NCBI GenBank assembly: GCA_020444425.1
Contig: JAHLLB010000002.1
Coordinates: forward strand, 13,250 to 77,249
Length of the DNA: 64,000 nt
Reading direction: 5' to 3'
From: a bacterium
GTDB lineage: Bacteria; Electryoneota; Electryoneia; Electryoneales; Electryoneaceae
Position numbers and translations under genes: made by a program. Positions 58,928 through 64,000 of this stretch are shown here, piece by piece. The notes under the pieces are model-generated. The model ran no database searches. It was given only the letters and a program-made list of their open reading frames with translations, and was not told the DNA's origin. Every line of letters starts with the position of its first letter. Position 1 is the stretch's first letter.

Positions 58928-59925
58928 TCGGCTGGTGGCAGTTGCCGCGTTTGACGTTTCAGGCGTTCAATGCGTTCTGTCTTTTGCCTCATGTGGTTGA
59001 TCTGTTCACCGAGCAGTCCCATCGAGAAGAATTGCACACCGACAATCAGCAGCAGAATCCCGAGGAAGAATAGCGGACGGTCGCCGATCGGCTGTCCCAT
59101 GTACCACTGAATCGTCAGCAACGCCAGGATGCCAAAGCCAACAAAGCCGGATACCAGTCCGAACGCGCCGAACAGGTGCATCGGACGGGCAGCATATTTG
59201 ACGAGGAACAGCACCGTGAGCAGGTCAAGGAAACCGTGCAGGAAACGCGACAGGCCAAATTTCGTCTTGCCCCAGCGACGCGGGTGATGCTGAACCGCCA
59301 GCTCGCCAACGGTGAATCCCTGTGATTTGGCGAGGATCGGAATGAAACGATGCAGTTCGCCGTACAGCTCGAACGTTTCGACTACTTCCCGGCGGTAGAT
59401 CTTGAGACCGCAGTTGAAATCGTGAATCTTGATGCCGCTGGTCATCCGCGCGACGCCGTTGAAGAATTTTGATGGCAGGGTTTTGGAGATCGGATCGTGC
59501 CGCTTCTTCTTCCATCCGCTGACCATGTCGTAGCCGTCGTCCAGCCGTTTGATCAGGTTCGGAATTTCGTTGGGGTCATCCTGCAGGTCGGCATCCATCG
59601 TCACCACCAGCCGGCCACGCGCCTCTTCAAACCCGGCGGACAATGCAGCGGATTTACCCTGGTTGCGACGGAAGTGAATGACATGAACCCGGGGATCTTC
59701 AGCCTTGAACTGCTCGAGCTGGTCGAAGCTGCCATCACGGCTGCCGTCATTGACGAAGATCAGCTCAGCGTCCAGAGCTTCGCGTTCCAGCACCTCGTCG
59801 ATGGCGGGCTTCAGGTGGGGCAGAGATTCGTCCTCATTCCAGAGGGGAATCACGATGCTGACGAACGGCGTATCGCCGTCAACTACCCGTCGTTCGCTTT
59901 CAACTGGAAGGGATCCGTCTTCCAT
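58924..59925 (-). CDS. GT2 polyprenol-phosphate glycosyltransferase (DPM1/GtrB/ArnC-like)
   Basis: The sequence VSIVIPLWNEDESL...VNDGSRDGS...VVTMDADLQDDP, together with two C-terminal transmembrane helices, identifies the family. It transfers a sugar from a nucleotide-sugar onto a polyprenyl-phosphate carrier. Confidence 0.8.
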   Translation of the reverse strand: MEDGSLPVESERRVVDGDTPFVSIVIPLWNEDESLPHLKPAIDEVLEREALDAELIFVNDGSRDGSFDQLEQFKAEDPRVHVIHFRRNQGKSAALSAGFEEARGRLVVTMDADLQDDPNEIPNLIKRLDDGYDMVSGWKKKRHDPISKTLPSKFFNGVARMTSGIKIHDFNCGLKIYRREVVETFELYGELHRFIPILAKSQGFTVGELAVQHHPRRWGKTKFGLSRFLHGFLDLLTVLFLVKYAARPMHLFGAFGLVSGFVGFGILALLTIQWYMGQPIGDRPLFFLGILLLIVGVQFFSMGLLGEQINHMRQKTERIERLKRQTRQLPPAE

Positions 59926-60659
59926 TCCGGGTTCAACTCCAGAGTGTCGAACGTGATGCCGAGTTCGGTCGGATAGGCTCCACCGCCGCGCAAGTTCAAG
60001 GATTGCGCCAGTGAGACCCCGCTCAGCCGTGTGAATTGACCGTATTCCTTCAACAGGACCAGCGATTGGGTGCCGGCATCCAGCCAGCGTTCCTCTATCA
60101 CCCGGTCCTCCGTTGGATCATACAGAATCTGGTGTTCCAGCGACGCCTCGGCAAGTCTCCATTTCCACAGGGAGTCCGTTGCCGTCACCTCGAAGGACAC
60201 GGTGTTTTCCAGCATATCTGTGGCGGAAATTGACCGTGGCAGCGGTTCAAAGATACGAATCAGGTCTTTCGCGGGAAACGGAACACCCGTTATTTCCTGC
60301 AGATCAAAGTCGTCCACGCTACCGGTCTCAAACTGGCCGGTGGCGAACCACGCTTCGTACCTGCCGTCCGAGATGACGATATCTCCGACCGAGATGCCGA
60401 ACATCATCTTCAAGCTCAGTGACAGCTGATCCGTTGGCGCAAGGTACAGCGTGCCGAACATGGTGCCGCTGAACTGGGTGTTCTTCACCTGCAGCTTCAA
60501 CCGCCCTTCCACATGATCCATCTGCGACCAGGCGGCAGTCAGCCGTGTATTCAGGAGTTCGGGTGACGGGGTCTGCCCGGAGAAGTCCGGTTTATGGCTT
60601 GCACAGCCAGCGAGGAATAACAGTGTGAGAAGGAGATAAGCGGGAGCATAGCGCAGCAT
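59883..60659 (-). CDS. Lipoprotein of unknown function (DUF4292 / LolB-like fold suspected)
   Basis: It has a lipobox (LLTLLFLAGCAS). Its size and its position next to a TPR lipoprotein resemble the DUF4292 lipoproteins of Bacteroidota. This assignment is low-certainty. Confidence 0.4.
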   Translation of the reverse strand: MLRYAPAYLLLTLLFLAGCASHKPDFSGQTPSPELLNTRLTAAWSQMDHVEGRLKLQVKNTQFSGTMFGTLYLAPTDQLSLSLKMMFGISVGDIVISDGRYEAWFATGQFETGSVDDFDLQEITGVPFPAKDLIRIFEPLPRSISATDMLENTVSFEVTATDSLWKWRLAEASLEHQILYDPTEDRVIEERWLDAGTQSLVLLKEYGQFTRLSGVSLAQSLNLRGGGAYPTELGITFDTLELNPEWKTDPFQLKANDG

Positions 60660-60665
60660 GCGAGC

Positions 60666-62090
60666 TCACTCCTCCAGTTTGCGGGTCAGAGCGACTTCGT
60701 CACCGCCGGCGTCAATGGCGCGTTGCCACATCTCGCGGGCCTTCTCCGCATTTCCCATCGCGGCGTAAACATCCCCGAGATGCTCGAGGATTTCGTAATG
60801 CTCAGGATTGATCCCAGCAGCTCGTTCGAGGTAGGTAATCGCCTCGTCGTACTGGCCCTTCTGGTAATAGATCCAGCCCTTGGTATCGAGGAAACTGGCG
60901 TTTTCCGGTTCCAATGACAAGGCGTCTTCTGATAATTCGAGCGCACGGTCGAGGTCGGTGCCCTGTTCGGCCAGCAGGTAGGCGAAATTGTTCAGGATCT
61001 GCGCGTCGCCGGGGGATAATTTCAGCGCATCCTCATACAGGTCTTCCGCCTCACTGAACCGGCCCTGCTCGTGGTACAGGAACCCGAGGTTGAGGAAGTT
61101 CTGCGAGTCTTCCGGATCGAGCTGAATCGCGCGCTTCAGGGCGGACTCGGCCTTGACTTCCTGATCCTTGAGCATGTACACCGACGCCGCCAGCGCGTGC
61201 AGCGGTGCGCTGACCGGGTTGTAGCTGAGGCCACTGTCGGCGAGTGTAATCGCGCGGTCTTCGTTTCCGCGAATCACCTCGAGACGGATCCACATGTCCC
61301 AGTAACGCGGTTCCACCGGACGCATGGTTGCCGCAGCGGCGATGGATTCCACGGCGCGCGTGGTGTCCCCCATGTCGAGATACAAGCCGCCGATGAAGAA
61401 CGGGATGCGGTCTTCCTCGGGACGATGGGTCTGCAGCTGCTGGTAGACCTCGACCGCTTCGTCCAGACGATCCAGCGAACTCAGCAATGACACTTTCCGC
61501 ATCAGGATCGGTACTGGATCAACTTCCGGCAGTTCGAGCAGGCGGTCGTAGGTCTCAGCCGCTTTTTCGGTCTTGCCGGTGCGTTCGTAGGCAACGGCCA
61601 GATGCTGCAATGTGGTCGCTTCATCTGGCTGAATCTGCATCAGTTCTTCGAAGGTGACGACGGCGTCCTCAAACAACTGTTCGTCCAGCTGAAGCTCGCC
61701 GAGGTGGGTCAGGATGGTCGGGGCGTTGGTAATCCGCGCCCCTTTTTCGAGGGTCGTCCGGGCTTCGTCGATTCGTCCCAGTTGCGTCGCCATTTCGGCC
61801 ACAGCATGGTACAGTTCGACTTGTGTGCTGTCCCGCATCAGGCCGCGCTTGTACTCGTGCAACGCGAGCCGGTACTCCCCCGCCGACTCGAACACCGAAC
61901 CGGAGATGGCGTAGTCCATCACTTCGTCGGACGGAGGATTCGGAGTCACGACTTGCGTGTCTTCGGTGGATGCTGTTTTCCGCATCTCACCGGTACCCGC
62001 ACAGCCGGCAATCAGCAACGCCAACAACAGGGTCGGGACAACAGTTCGTTTAATCAATGAAGAACCGGAAGATATCGTGATACGTGACAA
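60666..62090 (-). CDS. TPR-repeat lipoprotein
   Basis: It has a lipobox (LLALLIAGCAG) and more than 10 TPR units throughout. Confidence 0.75.
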   Translation of the reverse strand: MSRITISSGSSLIKRTVVPTLLLALLIAGCAGTGEMRKTASTEDTQVVTPNPPSDEVMDYAISGSVFESAGEYRLALHEYKRGLMRDSTQVELYHAVAEMATQLGRIDEARTTLEKGARITNAPTILTHLGELQLDEQLFEDAVVTFEELMQIQPDEATTLQHLAVAYERTGKTEKAAETYDRLLELPEVDPVPILMRKVSLLSSLDRLDEAVEVYQQLQTHRPEEDRIPFFIGGLYLDMGDTTRAVESIAAAATMRPVEPRYWDMWIRLEVIRGNEDRAITLADSGLSYNPVSAPLHALAASVYMLKDQEVKAESALKRAIQLDPEDSQNFLNLGFLYHEQGRFSEAEDLYEDALKLSPGDAQILNNFAYLLAEQGTDLDRALELSEDALSLEPENASFLDTKGWIYYQKGQYDEAITYLERAAGINPEHYEILEHLGDVYAAMGNAEKAREMWQRAIDAGGDEVALTRKLEE

Positions 62091-63114
62091 CCAGCACCAA
62101 TGCCAGCAACAGCACCATGCCTACATTCTGCGCGACGATCTTGATCCGGCCTGATACCGGACGTCGAATCACCGCCTCGATCAGAATGAAGACAAGGTGT
62201 CCGCCATCCAGCACCGGGAACGGCAGGATGTTCAGCAGGCCGATACTGATGCTGATCAACGCGATGAAGCCGAGGAAGGTTTCCCATCCGGCACGCGCTG
62301 TCTCACCACTCAGGTACACAATTCCCGCAGGGCCGGTCAGATCCTTGACAGAAGCCTGGCCGGTAAACAGCATCTGGATTGACTTGATGCTTAGCCCGAG
62401 CACATTGACCGTCATCCGGGCACCGAGGGATACTCCCTCACCGATGGTCACCGGTTCGCGGTTGAAGTTCGGGCCGACGCCGACCATGCCAACGTCCCGC
62501 GCGCCGTCGTCGTCCATGATTGCCTGAGACTTGGTCGTCATCGTCGCGGCGACGGTGTCTGCACCACTCAACCAGACCAGGTTAACGTCCATTGCCGGCT
62601 TGGCGTGTACTGCATCGCGGAACTCTTCCCACGAGGCGATGGCGTTACCATCCACGCTGAGAATGCGATCGCCGGGAAGCAGTCCCGCTTCTTCCGCCGG
62701 GAAGCCCTGCGAGATGCTGCCAATGACCGGGGACGGATCAATCACCGCTTCGCCCTTGACCCAGGCGATGCCGGTGTACAGAATGAAGCCGAGCAGGAAG
62801 TTCATCAACACGCCCGCAGTGATGACGAACGCTTTCTGCAGCGTGTTCTTGGATTGGAATTCCCATGGTTCGCCGGTGATTTCGTCACCGCCGAACTCGT
62901 CAATCATGCCGGAGATCTTCACATAGCCGCCGAGCGGAATGTAGCCGAGGCGATATTCCGTCTCCCCGCGCTTGATCCCGATCAGCTTGCCGAACCCGAG
63001 CGAGAATGCTTCCACCCGCGCACCGACAGCCTTTGCGGCGAAAAAGTGGCCGGCTTCATGGACGAAGACAACCACACCGAGGACAACGATAAACGACACA
63101 AACGTCAATAACAT
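62050..63114 (-). CDS. rseP: RseP-type site-2 protease (M50 zinc metalloprotease with PDZ domain)
   Basis: It has HEAGHFFAAK in the first transmembrane helix, a PDZ domain, and a C-terminal LDGG motif. The start is set at an internal Met (MLLTFVSFIVV). Confidence 0.8.
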   Translation of the reverse strand: MLLTFVSFIVVLGVVVFVHEAGHFFAAKAVGARVEAFSLGFGKLIGIKRGETEYRLGYIPLGGYVKISGMIDEFGGDEITGEPWEFQSKNTLQKAFVITAGVLMNFLLGFILYTGIAWVKGEAVIDPSPVIGSISQGFPAEEAGLLPGDRILSVDGNAIASWEEFRDAVHAKPAMDVNLVWLSGADTVAATMTTKSQAIMDDDGARDVGMVGVGPNFNREPVTIGEGVSLGARMTVNVLGLSIKSIQMLFTGQASVKDLTGPAGIVYLSGETARAGWETFLGFIALISISIGLLNILPFPVLDGGHLVFILIEAVIRRPVSGRIKIVAQNVGMVLLLALVLVVTYHDIFRFFID

Positions 63115-63269
63115 GAGCAGTCCGTTCAAGCAAAATTCAGCGCGTCGAAGCTGACGCTGACAACTCAGAAGATAAGGGAAAAAAAGGCCGGTTCGCACGT
63201 ACGAACCGGCCTCAAATCGGTTTCGTCTACCCTGCATACTTTAGGATGCAGGAATAGTTCCGGAGATGC

Positions 63270-63941
63270 TTACCCTCCGAGAACAATCCCGGCCTGCAAC
63301 GTCAGCCAGTTGCCCGGCGCGGGGTCTTCCAGGCTCGGAATGATGTAGTATTTCATACCGACACGGAACGCGAGCGGGAACCCGGTCGGCTTCAGCTTGG
63401 CACCTAGAGCGAGGTGCAGACCGAATTCCATCTGGATCTCGTCCACAAGATCAGCTTCATCAACTTCTTCAGAAGCTGAATCAACGTTGTCAAGAATAAG
63501 GTCGGAAGAAAAGACGGGGGCCACGGCCATAAAAGACGGTCCGCCACCGACAAACACTCCACCAATTCCAGGCAAAGGCAGCACAGTGTAGGTAGCAGTC
63601 AAATCTGCCCCAGCACGTAAATACGGAAGTGTTTCTTCTTCCGGCAAGAAGGTACCGGCGCCCGGCACATTCGAAACGTAGCCGGCATCGTAGGAACCGT
63701 AGGCAGCTTCCAGACTCAGTGCGAGATCAATCATCGGAATCATGCCAAACGTAATATCAATACCACCGCCCACCAGCCCGTTCATCTCGCTGCGAACGAT
63801 ACCACCATATCCGTCGCCAAACTCGATCAGGTTCGCCTCTCCATCAATCGTTGTCGCATCGTAGTTGAAGTGGAACCCGATCCCTGCAAAACCCGGCGCT
63901 GCCATCATGCACAACACAAAAACAGCGATCACCTTTTTCAT
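63270..63941 (-). CDS. Small outer-membrane beta-barrel-like protein
   Basis: It has a signal peptide (MKKVIAVFVLCMMAAPGFA), alternating amphipathic strands rich in Gly and aromatic residues, and a C-terminal aromatic-rich beta-signal-like end. Confidence 0.4.
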   Translation of the reverse strand: MKKVIAVFVLCMMAAPGFAGIGFHFNYDATTIDGEANLIEFGDGYGGIVRSEMNGLVGGGIDITFGMIPMIDLALSLEAAYGSYDAGYVSNVPGAGTFLPEEETLPYLRAGADLTATYTVLPLPGIGGVFVGGGPSFMAVAPVFSSDLILDNVDSASEEVDEADLVDEIQMEFGLHLALGAKLKPTGFPLAFRVGMKYYIIPSLEDPAPGNWLTLQAGIVLGG

Positions 63942-64000
63942 CTTCTTCTCCCTGGAAGACGTTACACCCAAACTTGGCTCCAGACCCGGAATACCGGTAT

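Overview
This is a high-GC (roughly 60%) bacterial chromosomal segment with about 50 densely packed genes. It contains no transposase, integrase, CRISPR array or rRNA. Two secreted proteins end in C-terminal domains resembling the sorting signal of the type IX secretion system (T9SS), so I infer a lineage from the Fibrobacteres-Chlorobi-Bacteroidetes (FCB) group, possibly Gemmatimonadota-like and uncultivated. That placement is inference only. The recognisable content, in order, is as follows.

- **Start of the window:** a 5'-truncated membrane glycosyltransferase of the GT-C superfamily (PMT_2/ArnT-like) fused to tetratricopeptide (TPR) repeats.
- **Next:** a hotdog thioesterase divergent from a flavodiiron protein, with a near-perfect 26-bp palindrome between them.
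- **Chaperone:** a standalone dnaK.
- **Secreted and sporadic genes:** a secreted protein made of two tandem pre-peptidase C-terminal (PPC) domains, a carboxymuconolactone-decarboxylase-family gene, and a TPR protein.
- **SOS mutagenesis cassette:** imuB followed by dnaE2 with no imuA, with a GAAC-N4-GTTC LexA-type box directly upstream and a structured spacer rich in inverted repeats inside the operon.
- **Aerotaxis receptor:** a divergently transcribed HemAT-like globin-coupled chemoreceptor.
- **Efflux operon:** a GNAT acetyltransferase, then a tetR / tolC-like / membrane-fusion-protein / RND efflux operon.
- **tRNA region:** a PAP2 phosphatase and tRNA-Leu(CAG).
- **Acidic protein:** an unusual 576-aa poly-acidic protein.
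- **Chemosensory operon (9 genes):** cheA, cheR, cheB, cheD, an HDOD-domain gene, cheY, cheX, cheY, cheX. It has no standalone cheW or chemoreceptor, and a DksA-like gene lies upstream.
- **Conserved trio:** yggS, divIVA and a long type-2-like ileS, in the order also found in Firmicutes.
- **Candidate T9SS cargo:** two proteins, one of unknown function and one an endonuclease/exonuclease/phosphatase (EEP) enzyme, flanking an alpha/beta hydrolase.
- **Wzy_C protein:** a Wzy_C (O-antigen-ligase/O-oligosaccharyltransferase-like) protein fused to TPR repeats.
- **Envelope super-operon (about 18 kb, 14 genes, minus strand):** a beta-barrel outer-membrane protein, rseP, a TPR lipoprotein, a lipoprotein, a GT2 polyprenol-phosphate glycosyltransferase, a GT4 and a second GT2 glycosyltransferase, an unknown membrane protein, PBP1A, a SPOR-domain membrane protein, a PfkB kinase, an orphan beta-class DNA methyltransferase, a long M1 peptidase, and mpl. 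Its junctions are almost all 1-4-nt stop/start overlaps (NTGA/TAATG type).

The most interesting candidates are the following. I could not name any single system with certainty.

1. The tightly coupled envelope-glycan super-operon with an embedded orphan methyltransferase.
2. The two TPR-fused glycan-transfer membrane enzymes.
3. The poly-acidic protein immediately after the chemosensory operon.
4. The imuA-less mutagenesis cassette with its structured internal spacer.

Coordinates of non-coding features are hand-counted and may be off by 1-2 nt.
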